DNA from: a virus
Taxonomy: Duplodnaviria; Caudoviricetes
DNA length: 57,598 bases
Reading direction: 5' to 3' (one strand)
Virus record (IMG/VR): IMGVR_UViG_3300017649_000002
Span: 1 to 57,598 of that record
The stretch's first letter is position 1, and every line of letters starts with the position of its first letter. Under the pieces are notes generated by a model. It was not told the origin of the DNA and did no database searches. It saw only the letters and a list, made by a program, of their open reading frames with translations. This document shows positions 7,441 through 17,015 of the stretch, piece by piece. The position numbers were made by a program, and so were the translations under genes.

Positions 7441-8138
7441 GGCTCGACTGCCTTCAGTTCGCGGCGCTTCGACCAGAGCGCATACACGCCCGCGCCGACC
7501 ACCACGAGCGTGAGGACGACCAGCGTGACGCGCAGCCACGTCGGCAGGCCGTCCGTCGCGTTGGAAACGGTCTGGACCTGCTGTACGGCCGGCGCGATCT
7601 GGCTGACGATCTCGATAGTGGCCGCCGTGCCACCGGCCGCGACTGTGGCGCCGGCAGCAGCGCCTTCCGGCGTCAGCAGCGCCGACTTGCCAGGCTTCAC
7701 CACGCCGGCCAGGCGCAGGCCCTCGTCGATGATGGCGGCGCTGTACCAGGTGTTCGCCGTCTTCAGCGGGCCAGCCCCGTTCTCGTGGCGGATGATGGCC
7801 TCGACCATCGGGCACAGCACTTCGTAGCGGTGGAAGTTGACCGGCTCGTTGGCGCTCACGCCGACAGCCTTGGCGACCTGGGCGATGTACGCCTCGGTGT
7901 CGTTCTCGGAAGGCGGCGCCCAGCGCGTGATGGCACCGCGCACGCTGATGATGCGGTGCTTGTCGAAGTAGGTGATCAGCGTGCGTGCCAAAGCACGAAT
8001 GCCCCACGCGGGGGCTTTGAACTGCGCGAACCGCTTGTCGGTCGCTTGGTCACGCGGCAAGAGGCCCTGCCACGGATCACCCCATTCGATATTGCCGGGG
8101 TTGTTGTTGCGAATGCCGCGAGGAAGCTGCTTGCTCAT
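7437..8138 (-). CDS. Endolysin (RGIRNNNPGNI lysozyme-like family) with C-terminal membrane helix
   Basis: 'PRGIRNNNPGNI', 'RWAPPSENDT..Y', 'IIRHENG'; hydrophobic C-terminal segment; lies between holin-like and spanin genes. Confidence 0.8.
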   Translation of the reverse strand: MSKQLPRGIRNNNPGNIEWGDPWQGLLPRDQATDKRFAQFKAPAWGIRALARTLITYFDKHRIISVRGAITRWAPPSENDTEAYIAQVAKAVGVSANEPVNFHRYEVLCPMVEAIIRHENGAGPLKTANTWYSAAIIDEGLRLAGVVKPGKSALLTPEGAAAGATVAAGGTAATIEIVSQIAPAVQQVQTVSNATDGLPTWLRVTLVVLTLVVVGAGVYALWSKRRELKAVEP

Positions 8139-8515
8139 TTGGTCCACCCTTTGGTTTCAGGCCGCAGGCCGGCACTGTTGAGAAGCAGCGCGTCCAGCTT
8201 GCCGTTGATGTCCTTGAGATCGCTGCGAACCTCTGCCCGCAGACCGGAAACGAGTTCGGCCTGGCTTTGCGCCTGGACCGCCTGAAGCGTTTCAAGCCGC
8301 TTCAGTCCGTCCATGGCGTTTTGGGCTTTTGTCTCCACCGCATCGACGCGGCGGTCCACGGTGTCGATGCGACGGTCTTGATCCGTCCACCCCTTGGCGA
8401 CGTACAGCACCGCCGAGGCCGACATGCCCGCGATCATGAGCATGGTTGGAATGTTCAGGCTCTTGTCGAAGGTCCATTTGCGGTTTGACTGCGTGCTGTC
8501 CTGGGGTTCGCTCAT
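8135..8515 (-). CDS. Putative holin / lysis membrane protein
   Basis: Single TM segment plus coiled coil; first gene of the lysis cassette; ATGA overlap with endolysin. Confidence 0.55.
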   Translation of the reverse strand: MSEPQDSTQSNRKWTFDKSLNIPTMLMIAGMSASAVLYVAKGWTDQDRRIDTVDRRVDAVETKAQNAMDGLKRLETLQAVQAQSQAELVSGLRAEVRSDLKDINGKLDALLLNSAGLRPETKGWTK

Positions 8516-8673
8516 GGTCGCTCTCTGAAGGTTGCCCGATCAGTACAAATCGGCATCTCAACACCATTATGTTGTTGAAAACACCGCAGGAAAAGCTCGT
8601 AGATGCCGATTTTACAGTAGCGCCAGAAGAAATGACAAATAATCAGAAACAATCATCTTTCCCGGTATTGCTT

Positions 8674-9738
8674 TTACGCACGGGCCTCGTATCCGAAGGC
8701 CGCCGCCCCTACGCCTGCAACGGTGAGCGAACTGCCATCCGGGTTCGTGGTGAAAACGGCCTGTTCTGCGATCCAGGATGTTGCAAGCGGCCGGATCGTT
8801 GCCAGCTTGTCGCCGCCGTTTTTTGCGATGAGGGCCTGATTTCGATCTCCCGAATTGTCCTTCTGCGCCAACGTGTTCAGCCCGATCCCATACACCTCGA
8901 CGGCATCGGCAATGAGGGTCGTGTCCACGGTGAAAGTGTCCCCTACGCCGTTGACCTGGCCGGACTGGTTATAGGTCGTGGTCGTCAGCGTCGTCTTGTT
9001 CACTGCCGCCAGGTTGGAAGCAGCGCCACCTTGCGGCGTGAAGTTGCTTTCGACACTCGCGACCAAGGGGAGGCGCTTTACTTCCACGATGCCCAACCTT
9101 TCAGTCGGGCCACCAGGCGCATCGTCTAGAACGTAGATGTGGTCGCAGGTAAGCTCCACGAGATTCGGCCCGGTGCCGCGTAAGAAGCCGAACGTGATGT
9201 AGCTCAACGAGGTCAAAGTCATCGGGCCACTGAGTGCAGGCGTGCCGGAATCGCCCACGTAGACGGCAATCGTCCCTGCGACAAAATCGAGTTCGATCGT
9301 CAGGTATTGTTCCGATCCATGTTGAAACACGCCATCGGCTGAGGTCAGCGAATTGAAATTCAGCGCTCCCGCCGAAGTGACGCTCAATGCGTCGGTCGTG
9401 ACCGCTGGGTTCTGGTTGAAGCTGCGTTCGAAGCCCATGATGTAGCTATCCACCGCGCCCCCGCTTCCATTGCTGCAACCGACAAGAACGCCGATCACGG
9501 CCTTGGTGGTGACGGTCTTACCGATAGGGAGGCTGTAGCCTCCGTAATAGGCGCTGTTGGCTTGATTGTTCCTGCGGAAACGAACGCGGTGGCCTACCCC
9601 TGCCGTATCCTCAACGAGCGCCGGCCGCAAGTTCGTGGTTGCCGTGTAGGCACCCTTCCACATCTGCGACAGTTGAGCGTCGGTGACGCTGGTGATGTTG
9701 TCGAAATTGTCGAAGGGGTCGATGGCGAGTAGGGCCAT
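8674..9738 (-). CDS. Putative receptor-binding / tail fibre protein
   Basis: 354 aa, Thr/Gly/Asn-rich beta-type composition, lower GC, directly after the tail tip gene, AGGAG RBS. Confidence 0.65.
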   Translation of the reverse strand: MALLAIDPFDNFDNITSVTDAQLSQMWKGAYTATTNLRPALVEDTAGVGHRVRFRRNNQANSAYYGGYSLPIGKTVTTKAVIGVLVGCSNGSGGAVDSYIMGFERSFNQNPAVTTDALSVTSAGALNFNSLTSADGVFQHGSEQYLTIELDFVAGTIAVYVGDSGTPALSGPMTLTSLSYITFGFLRGTGPNLVELTCDHIYVLDDAPGGPTERLGIVEVKRLPLVASVESNFTPQGGAASNLAAVNKTTLTTTTYNQSGQVNGVGDTFTVDTTLIADAVEVYGIGLNTLAQKDNSGDRNQALIAKNGGDKLATIRPLATSWIAEQAVFTTNPDGSSLTVAGVGAAAFGYEARA

Positions 9739-9755
9739 GGTTAGCTCCTGTAGGG

Positions 9756-12170
9756 CTACGTTTTCTTGATGAGTGCGCTTGCCGACAGCTTCGCAATCCT
9801 GGCGACACCAGGACGCGGCTTGATCAGCGCAGAAGGCGAAAGACGGGCCACCATCGCGGCCGGCGCAGACTGCGATGTCGGTTTTATGAGTGCCGAGGCC
9901 GATAGCGCTGCGACCTGCACGAGCGGGGGCGGTACTGCATACTTGAGCTTACCCGTGATCCGCGAGAACGAGTTCACACCGGATCGACGGCTGTAGACCG
10001 AATAGGACAGTTCGCCCCCGAGGCTCGCCGCGAGAAGTTCGGCGGCCGTGAAGGTAACAGACGAGCCGGCCGACACCTTCTGTGCAACGTAAGAATTGTC
10101 GGTTTTCGGGGCGCCAATGAAAAGTTCCACGACCGTTTCCTGGCCGCTCTCGGGAGCGATCGACGCTGCTGTCCAGGCCAGTATCTGGCTCGTCTCGGTG
10201 GTCCGGTTTCGGTTCGACCAGGTGAATTGCGCCGAGACACCATCAGCCAATTCTGTTGTCGGACCCCACAAAATGTCGTTGATGCGGACATTAGAAGGCC
10301 GGGTCGGGAAGTACGGACGCGCCACCAGCGTGCCGGTGAACTGCGGCGCCAGGGCCTCGTCGAGCACGCCCTGGGAGGTCTGCGGCAGCGCCTTGTAGCG
10401 GGCCGTCTCGCCGGCTGAACGGATCGTGCCGGTGTCGTCCATGGTCACGTCCGGGTCGATGATCCAGAACGGCGTGCCCTGCGGCCAGTCGAGCGGCTGC
10501 GTATCGAGCACGCCGCGCATCAGCGTCCAGCCCTGCGCACCGTATGCGGTAATCAGGCAAAGCTCGGCACGACTGAACGAGCCTTCGCCGGCCGCTTCGT
10601 TGAAGTTCTCCGGCCGGCCGATCCAGATGAACGAACCGACCTTCGGGTAGGTCGTGCCGTAGATCGGGTTGAGGTCGGGGATTGTCGTTGTTGCCTCGCG
10701 CACAAGCGCCACGGGAAGCGGCGCGTATCCCAACGTGGGAAGCTGGTCGATATAAGTCCATTCCTGCGTGCCGGCCGAATTGGCGATGAGGGACAGCAGG
10801 TTGTAGGAAAAGGTGTCTTGACCCGTTTGCGTTACCAGCACGCCGGCCCGCACTTCAGGGTCTTCCAGCGATGACGCATCCATCAAGTTCGCGAGGAAGT
10901 ACGACGGCAGGGTCACGACCTGCTGCAACACGGCCGGGATCGGCGCGGGCGGCTCGGAAGGATCGGTCCAACCCGAGGACGGCGGCGTGACGTAGGAGCC
11001 GACCGGGATGGCGAACACGTCTTCGACCAGGTTGACCTTGATCGCCTGGTTGCCGGGCATGCCGTAATCGACCTTGCCCACGCGCATCACGAGTTCGTTC
11101 AAGCCGTAGTCCGGCCACGTCACCTTCACCACGTCGCCGGGCACTAAGTCCCAATACTTGCGGTTCAAAACGGCGTCACAAGCGCACAGCGGGGCGCTGG
11201 CGACCCGGATGTCACGCTGGGCCAATTTCGTCGCGAGCGCGGCCGTGCGAACCGCGTAGTAGTTCTTGCTGTCCGACACGATGGCGCCTTGCGCAGCCAG
11301 GTTGCCGTTGTCGTGGACCGTGACCGTTTCTTCCTGTTCGTTCTCGGGGTTCGTCCAGGTGGCGACGATCTCGTTGACCGTTTCGCCCAGGCCCTTGCGC
11401 TGGAAGTTGGAGAAGATCGCATCGTTGGGCGTGATGGTGCGCAGCGTGGCCTTGTCGTAGTCGTCGCGGATCAGCTTCAGCGTCCACTTCCCGGTGCGGG
11501 GATGCTGGAACACCCAGCCGTTGATAAGCTCCTGAAGGTCTTTGACGATCTGCTCGACCGAACTCTGGTTGATCCAGGCCAAGGCTACGCCCAGGCCCTC
11601 GTTCCAAAGGGTCTGCGCCCCCGCGTTCCAGGTTGCGATGTCGAACAGGCCCGCAGGCGCCCCCATGCCCAACTGCGGGTCGGTCATGGCCTCATAGATG
11701 ACGTGCGCGGGGTTGACCGTGCCGTCCGGGAATTCCGCGATGCTGCTGGTGAGGCCGACCGGCTTGTACGACACGGTGGCCCAAATGGTCTTGATGTAGG
11801 GCTGGTTCGCCGTCCAGTAGAAGCCGCGACGGCTACCTTCAAACCCCGTAAAGAACAGCGACGTGATGCCACGGAAGCCGGGCACGCCCGGCTGGCCGGT
11901 CAGCTTGCTTGCCAGGAACGGCGACAAGACCTGGCCGTCCGCGCCCATCAGGACATGCACGTCCCCAGCCAGGCCGCCTTCCTCTTTCGGGCCGCCGAAA
12001 AGGTTGGGCTGGTTGATGCGCAGGACGGTGTTCTCGGTAACGTTGCCCGACCAGAACTTCTTCTCGTCGTAATAGAGCGCGTGCAGCTTATCGACCTTGC
12101 ACGCGATGCCCATATGGATCGACAGCCGATACTCTGTTACCTCCATCTTTGGTTTGGATTTACCGCCCAT
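9756..12170 (-). CDS. Central tail tip / host specificity protein (gpJ/GTA-like)
   Basis: 'MGGKSK', 'LFGGPKEEGG', 'PGFRG', 'NPAHVIYE', 'LKLIRDDY', 'PGDVVKV.W'. Confidence 0.85.
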   Translation of the reverse strand: MGGKSKPKMEVTEYRLSIHMGIACKVDKLHALYYDEKKFWSGNVTENTVLRINQPNLFGGPKEEGGLAGDVHVLMGADGQVLSPFLASKLTGQPGVPGFRGITSLFFTGFEGSRRGFYWTANQPYIKTIWATVSYKPVGLTSSIAEFPDGTVNPAHVIYEAMTDPQLGMGAPAGLFDIATWNAGAQTLWNEGLGVALAWINQSSVEQIVKDLQELINGWVFQHPRTGKWTLKLIRDDYDKATLRTITPNDAIFSNFQRKGLGETVNEIVATWTNPENEQEETVTVHDNGNLAAQGAIVSDSKNYYAVRTAALATKLAQRDIRVASAPLCACDAVLNRKYWDLVPGDVVKVTWPDYGLNELVMRVGKVDYGMPGNQAIKVNLVEDVFAIPVGSYVTPPSSGWTDPSEPPAPIPAVLQQVVTLPSYFLANLMDASSLEDPEVRAGVLVTQTGQDTFSYNLLSLIANSAGTQEWTYIDQLPTLGYAPLPVALVREATTTIPDLNPIYGTTYPKVGSFIWIGRPENFNEAAGEGSFSRAELCLITAYGAQGWTLMRGVLDTQPLDWPQGTPFWIIDPDVTMDDTGTIRSAGETARYKALPQTSQGVLDEALAPQFTGTLVARPYFPTRPSNVRINDILWGPTTELADGVSAQFTWSNRNRTTETSQILAWTAASIAPESGQETVVELFIGAPKTDNSYVAQKVSAGSSVTFTAAELLAASLGGELSYSVYSRRSGVNSFSRITGKLKYAVPPPLVQVAALSASALIKPTSQSAPAAMVARLSPSALIKPRPGVARIAKLSASALIKKT

Positions 12171-12375
12171 GCTCGGCCTCCACGCGACGGCGTGCGTGCT
12201 CGACGACCTGGATGGCGTAGGCGTCGCCGGTCGCCAGCAGCGTCGATGCGGTCATGCCGGCATCCAGGAACTCGCGGAAATCGAGGCCGTAGCCTTCGAA
12301 CCATTGCTTGGCGCCTCGCACGCAGTGTCCAGCACCGCGCACGTCGTCGATGGTCACGGTGAAGTCGTCGTTCAT
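12160..12375 (-). CDS. Small tail assembly protein
   Basis: 'HCVRGAKQWF..GLDFREFL..G' motif; ATG 12375 overlaps the upstream stop. Confidence 0.75.
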   Translation of the reverse strand: MNDDFTVTIDDVRGAGHCVRGAKQWFEGYGLDFREFLDAGMTASTLLATGDAYAIQVVEHARRRVEAEHGR

Positions 12376-12596
12376 ACCTTCACCTTGTACTTGTAGATGT
12401 CCTTCTCGCCGTACCAGAGGATGTTCGAACTCTTGATGGTCATCTTCCCCCACACACGCGGGATCGGGCGCCCGGCTTCGGCGGTCGGGTATTCAAGGTC
12501 TTTGGTCGCGGTCTTCTGCTGCTTCGGCTTCGGAGTGATCAGGTAGGCGATGACCTGAAGCACCAGGGCCACGACGAATGCGATTAGAAAGTTCAT
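12372..12596 (-). CDS. Small tail tip assembly protein
   Basis: Hydrophobic N-terminus then 'PTAEAGRPIPRVWG...NILWYG'. Confidence 0.8.
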   Translation of the reverse strand: MNFLIAFVVALVLQVIAYLITPKPKQQKTATKDLEYPTAEAGRPIPRVWGKMTIKSSNILWYGEKDIYKYKVKV

Positions 12597-12597
12597 G

Positions 12598-13419
12598 TCA
12601 TTTGAAGGGGCTGGTGTTGGACAACGGGTTCTTCAGCGGAATCCAGGGCTGACCGCCGAAGTTCGGGATGTTGTTGTGCTTGGCGCATCCGGCCAGCGAG
12701 TGATCGCAGCCGCGAGACAAGTTTACCTTCATTCCGCCGATCAGGCCGATGGGGGCGCCGGACAGCAGATAGGCCCCGCCGACGACCTGGACCACGGTGC
12801 GAACTTCGCGGCGGCCGTTGGACTGGCGCCACTCGACGATCCCACCTGCATAGTCGGCGTTGCCGGCGACCGACAGCGTGACCAGGGTGCCGTCGATGGC
12901 CTGGACAGTCGCCTCCACGGTGGCCGCCGTCTTACTGGCTCGGCACGAGGTCGGGTCGTACAGGACGTGCGGGCAACCGTACTGGTAGTTCCGGCGCAGA
13001 CCCGGCCGCTTCAGCGACGTGCTGATCGGCTCGCAGGTCAAAGCGGCTTCACGGTTCACCCAGCGGCAATTGAGCACGCGGCCTGACCAGCACATCAGGA
13101 ATTCGTCGGCCGGGTCGTTGGCGTGCCCCTGATAGATTTCCAGGTTGATGACCGCCGAGGGCGCGTAGCTGCGGAACATCTCGGGCACTTCGGCCGAGCC
13201 GGGCATGTTGACGGTCAAGGCGGCCTTGTCGAGCGTGCCCGAGATCGTGATCGCGGTGCGCTTGATGGGGACCGGGCGGAATTCGATGTTCGACCAGAGC
13301 CGCATGTTCTCGCCGTCCGTGTAGGCGTACACCTGGTCCGGCTGGTCCCCGTAGGTGAACTTGTAGAGTTCAATCGGTTCGCCGCGATCGACGCTGCTTT
13401 CGATGTCGTTGAAGCTCAT
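12598..13419 (-). CDS. Tail hub protein, DUF2163/BR0599 (gpL-like Cys-cluster) family
   Basis: 'CPHVLYD..C' and 'GCDHSL..C..HNNIPNFGG.PWIP..NP'. Confidence 0.88.
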   Translation of the reverse strand: MSFNDIESSVDRGEPIELYKFTYGDQPDQVYAYTDGENMRLWSNIEFRPVPIKRTAITISGTLDKAALTVNMPGSAEVPEMFRSYAPSAVINLEIYQGHANDPADEFLMCWSGRVLNCRWVNREAALTCEPISTSLKRPGLRRNYQYGCPHVLYDPTSCRASKTAATVEATVQAIDGTLVTLSVAGNADYAGGIVEWRQSNGRREVRTVVQVVGGAYLLSGAPIGLIGGMKVNLSRGCDHSLAGCAKHNNIPNFGGQPWIPLKNPLSNTSPFK

Positions 13420-15104
13420 ACCTCGATGTCCTTCTGCGTCTGGATCGAAATCTGGTACTGCGCGACTTCATCGGTCAGCCATTCGATCGTCAGGATGTCG
13501 GAGGCCAGGCGCCAGCGCGGCAACCAGGAGATCATCATGATCTCGGAAAGCGCGATGTTGCGCGGCCAGTTCGTGCCGGTGTCGATGACGGTGTTGCCGC
13601 CCTGGCCGGCCATGGCGTTCACGGCCTTGATCAACTGCGAACCGTCATGGAACCGCAGGATCATGTGCCGGTAGACCGGGCTGGACTCGTAGAACTTCAG
13701 CAGGTCCGTGCCGCTCACGGTCATGAACCGATTGAGCACCGACAGGTCTTCGGCGGCCACGATGTCCGGTTGATAGGTCGGCATGTAGAAGGTGCCGCGA
13801 CGGCCCTTCATGCGATGGAAGAACTGCTCGATCTCGACGGCCTCGGCACGGCTGCGCGACAGGAACGTGGCCTGCACCACGCGACGGCGGAAGTCGCGTA
13901 GCGTCAGGAACTCAGCGACGCCCCGGCCGTAGTCCAGGTTCTCGACATCGGCCTGGAAGTTGACCCGAGGCGCGTTGGCCCAATTCGGCTTCTTAGGGAA
14001 CACTTCGGTGCCGTTGTAGCCGCTGTAGGGCGTGCCGAGGTTGACCGCGCCTTCGCTGGCCGGCGTCACGTTGTAGCGGAACCCGAACTCGCTGACGCTG
14101 CTGGTCAGGTTGTTGACGGTCTGGTCCTCCTGCACGCGGCCGAACAGCCCCGGATGCACGAGCGAGCCGGCCGGCCAGGCTTCGGCCGTAGCGGACGTGA
14201 AGGTGACTTCGTTGCCGTCGATCGACTCGACGATGCGCATGCCCTGGCGCTCGCCGTCGCGCAGCACCAGGAACGCATCGGGCCGCAGCCAGTCGGGCAC
14301 GCTGTCCACCACCATGATCAGCGCGTTCGGCGCCACGCCGGAGGGCGTCGTGATCGACTTGGTGAGTTCCGGGGCGATGAACGCCTTGTCCTGCCACGAG
14401 TCCATCATCGCCCGCACGCGCCAGGCTTTGTCGTGCGCAGCCTGGACCGAGAATTCCAGCCATTTGCGCGGTGTCTGACGCAGCGCCCGGCGCTGTTCGT
14501 TGCCCGAGCGGCTGGTGATGATCTCGGTCTTGTACTCGTAGGAAATCTTGTAGCCGGACTGCCAGTTCGGCAGGAGGTTCCAAATCTCAGCCCGAAGCCC
14601 GGTCATGGTGAGACTGGCCGTGCGCACGTCGAACTGGAACGCGAATTCGGCGTTGATCGAGGGCGGCCCGTTCAACTGTGCCGTGACCGCAAGCTGCGTG
14701 AACTGCAAAGGCTTGTAGATCGACGGCGGTGGCGTCGGGTTGTTCAGGATGATGCCTTCCGCGCCGCGAGCCGTGACCGTTTGCAGGTTGATCGGCCGCA
14801 TGTAGGCGTTCCAGATGAAAAACGTCCGGGTCACGTCCGCGACCACGGCGCCGAAGTCGATCAGCGCCGGGATCAGGAAGATGTTGTTGTAGAAATGATC
14901 CGAGTAGGATTTCGCCATGTAGGCGGCGGTGTGCTTCTCGGGGATCGTTGGAATCACACGGGTCATGGCGCCCGGAAAGGCGTCACGACCGGGCGTGACA
15001 CGGTTGACCCGCCAAAGCGCGTCGCTGCGGTCGTAATAGGATCGCGTCAGGCTTTCGGACAACCCGAGCGGGGACATGCCGAGGGTCAGCGCCGTGTCCG
15101 CCAT
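13416..15104 (-). CDS. Minor tail / distal tail structural protein
   Basis: 562 aa in the tail operon; 'YKTEIITSRSGNEQRRALRQTPR', 'FFHRMKGR..FY.P'. Confidence 0.8.
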   Translation of the reverse strand: MADTALTLGMSPLGLSESLTRSYYDRSDALWRVNRVTPGRDAFPGAMTRVIPTIPEKHTAAYMAKSYSDHFYNNIFLIPALIDFGAVVADVTRTFFIWNAYMRPINLQTVTARGAEGIILNNPTPPPSIYKPLQFTQLAVTAQLNGPPSINAEFAFQFDVRTASLTMTGLRAEIWNLLPNWQSGYKISYEYKTEIITSRSGNEQRRALRQTPRKWLEFSVQAAHDKAWRVRAMMDSWQDKAFIAPELTKSITTPSGVAPNALIMVVDSVPDWLRPDAFLVLRDGERQGMRIVESIDGNEVTFTSATAEAWPAGSLVHPGLFGRVQEDQTVNNLTSSVSEFGFRYNVTPASEGAVNLGTPYSGYNGTEVFPKKPNWANAPRVNFQADVENLDYGRGVAEFLTLRDFRRRVVQATFLSRSRAEAVEIEQFFHRMKGRRGTFYMPTYQPDIVAAEDLSVLNRFMTVSGTDLLKFYESSPVYRHMILRFHDGSQLIKAVNAMAGQGGNTVIDTGTNWPRNIALSEIMMISWLPRWRLASDILTIEWLTDEVAQYQISIQTQKDIEV

Positions 15105-15105
15105 G

Positions 15106-16041
15106 TCAGTCGTCCATCAGGAAGGCGAAGCCGTACTCGCCGGAAGTCTCGGGGTTGCCGGTAGTGTTGGTGTTCGGACCCTTCTTGCGGAGCGGATATA
15201 CTCGCCAAGTCGATTCATCCGGCAGCGTCACGACCTGGCCGGGGAAGAAGTTGCGCATAGACAGCGCACGGACACCGGCCGGCGAACCGATCGGAATCCA
15301 ATAGTTCTCCGTTTCGGACTCGGTGCCGTAGTAGAGATTGATCGGGTTCAACGGCGAATACCCGCTGAACGCATTTGGCGCCCGCAGCGGCGACAACATG
15401 GAACGACGGCGGGGGCCGCCCTCCACGAAAAGCCCGTCGCGACGGAACTTCGCGAAAGTCCCGTCGATGTTGATGCCCCCGCTCACGTTGGAGGCATAGT
15501 TGGTGTCGCTGTAGTTATATTCGAACAAGGACGGGGTTGCGGCGCCAGCGTAGTTGCCGGGGTTCATGGAGGACCAATAAGAAGCCTCGTGACAACCGCT
15601 GATGATCTCGCCCCCGGCGAAGGGCGCGAGTTGGTCCAGATAGCCCATGTACAAGTGTCGGAAGGAACCGGGCTGGGTTTCCACGGCGGCGACGAGGAAC
15701 GGAACGGGGCCGGCCCGACCGAACATTTCGACCTTCGAAGGGTTGCCCCCGACCGTCCCGGTCACGCCGCTGTGCGTGGTTTCCGTGAAGTACGTGAGAG
15801 ATTGCTGGTAGCCGGCAGGAGCGGTGCCCGTCAGATTGAGGGAGATCGCGGGGCTAGAGGGCGACGAGATACGGGTCACGATCGACGACAGCGCCGTGAA
15901 GCTGCGATTCTTGCCGGGCGCGGTGAAGGTGCCCGTGCTGCCGTCGATGCTCGCGGTCCACCCGGCGAGGTTCTGCGCGAAATCGACCATGGCCTGCACA
16001 ACTTCCAGGGTCGAGGACACGTTGTAGGAAGCGTAGGCCAT
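15106..16041 (-). CDS. Virion structural (minor tail) protein
   Basis: Position after the tape measure; ATG 16041 lies 1 nt after the upstream stop. Confidence 0.7.
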   Translation of the reverse strand: MAYASYNVSSTLEVVQAMVDFAQNLAGWTASIDGSTGTFTAPGKNRSFTALSSIVTRISSPSSPAISLNLTGTAPAGYQQSLTYFTETTHSGVTGTVGGNPSKVEMFGRAGPVPFLVAAVETQPGSFRHLYMGYLDQLAPFAGGEIISGCHEASYWSSMNPGNYAGAATPSLFEYNYSDTNYASNVSGGINIDGTFAKFRRDGLFVEGGPRRRSMLSPLRAPNAFSGYSPLNPINLYYGTESETENYWIPIGSPAGVRALSMRNFFPGQVVTLPDESTWRVYPLRKKGPNTNTTGNPETSGEYGFAFLMDD

Positions 16042-16042
16042 G

Positions 16043-17005
16043 TCAGTCACCGTTGAGGGCGTAGGCGGCAAAGAAGTCGTTGCCGAGTCGGTTGATGTCG
16101 GGGATGCAGAGGTATTGCACGCCGTCGTAGTCGAGGATCGTTTCGGCGCTCAGGTTGAAACCCGGCACATGGAAGACGCCTTCCAGCACGCCAAGTTGGG
16201 CCGGCGCGGGCGTCTCCTGCACCAGCGTCGCGGGCGTCAGCACGTAGCGATTGTCGAGCGTGCGCTGAATTTTCTGAAAGAAGCCGCGCCGGTACTCACG
16301 AGTGCTGCTGTTGCCGTCGAGGCCGAGGGGGCAGTGCGACGGGTTCCACGGTGACACCGTGAAGGCGCTTTGGTCGCGGTATGTGCCGCTCCAATTCTGC
16401 GCCTGATCCCACAGGTTATCGTAGCGGAACGCCTTGAGGTTGGCGCCCGTACCGGGGTCCACGAAGTGGTGCATGGCCTGGGATACGTCGGACCAACGCA
16501 GGTCGCTGTCGGTCGTGGTGCCGCCCACCACGAGCGGATAGGACCAGATGTTCGGCGGTGCATACGGCAAGATGAAACCGCCGTAGCCCACCTGATACGT
16601 GCTGCTCACGCGCACAATGACGATGAAACGCCGCCCGTTGGCAATGAACCAATAGGGCATCTCGTAGTCACCGAAGTGCATGCACACAAAATCCGAGACG
16701 TTCGTGTGCTGCTCGTAGGTGAGCGCGGCCTGGTTCAGACCGACGATGCCACGGAAGGCCCAATTGTAGCGGTCGTTGCCCGGCAAAGGGATGCGGCGGA
16801 AACCGACGTAGATGTCGTCCGATCCGGCCAGGCCGGGGCCGCGCAAAACGATGTCCTCGGGATAGGTCGGCATGCGGCCGCTTCCGGTCCACACCACCGA
16901 CCACTGCTGTCCGGCAGCAACCAGGTCCGCGTTCGTCGTCAAGAAGTTGACCAGTTTGTTGCCGAGATCGACGAAGCCGCTGGCGGTGCCAATTTCGTGA
17001 GCCAT
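16043..17005 (-). CDS. Virion structural (minor tail) protein
   Basis: 'YWFIANGRRFI.IVRVSSTYQ..Y.G.ILPY..P..YPLVVGG'; follows the tape measure. Confidence 0.78.
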   Translation of the reverse strand: MAHEIGTASGFVDLGNKLVNFLTTNADLVAAGQQWSVVWTGSGRMPTYPEDIVLRGPGLAGSDDIYVGFRRIPLPGNDRYNWAFRGIVGLNQAALTYEQHTNVSDFVCMHFGDYEMPYWFIANGRRFIVIVRVSSTYQVGYGGFILPYAPPNIWSYPLVVGGTTTDSDLRWSDVSQAMHHFVDPGTGANLKAFRYDNLWDQAQNWSGTYRDQSAFTVSPWNPSHCPLGLDGNSSTREYRRGFFQKIQRTLDNRYVLTPATLVQETPAPAQLGVLEGVFHVPGFNLSAETILDYDGVQYLCIPDINRLGNDFFAAYALNGD

Positions 17006-17015
17006 TTGATACCCC

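Noticed and set aside
8674-12170. Diversity-generating retroelement or invertible tail-fibre switch
   Set aside because: I saw no reverse transcriptase, no TR/VR duplicate and no invertase with flanking inverted repeats.
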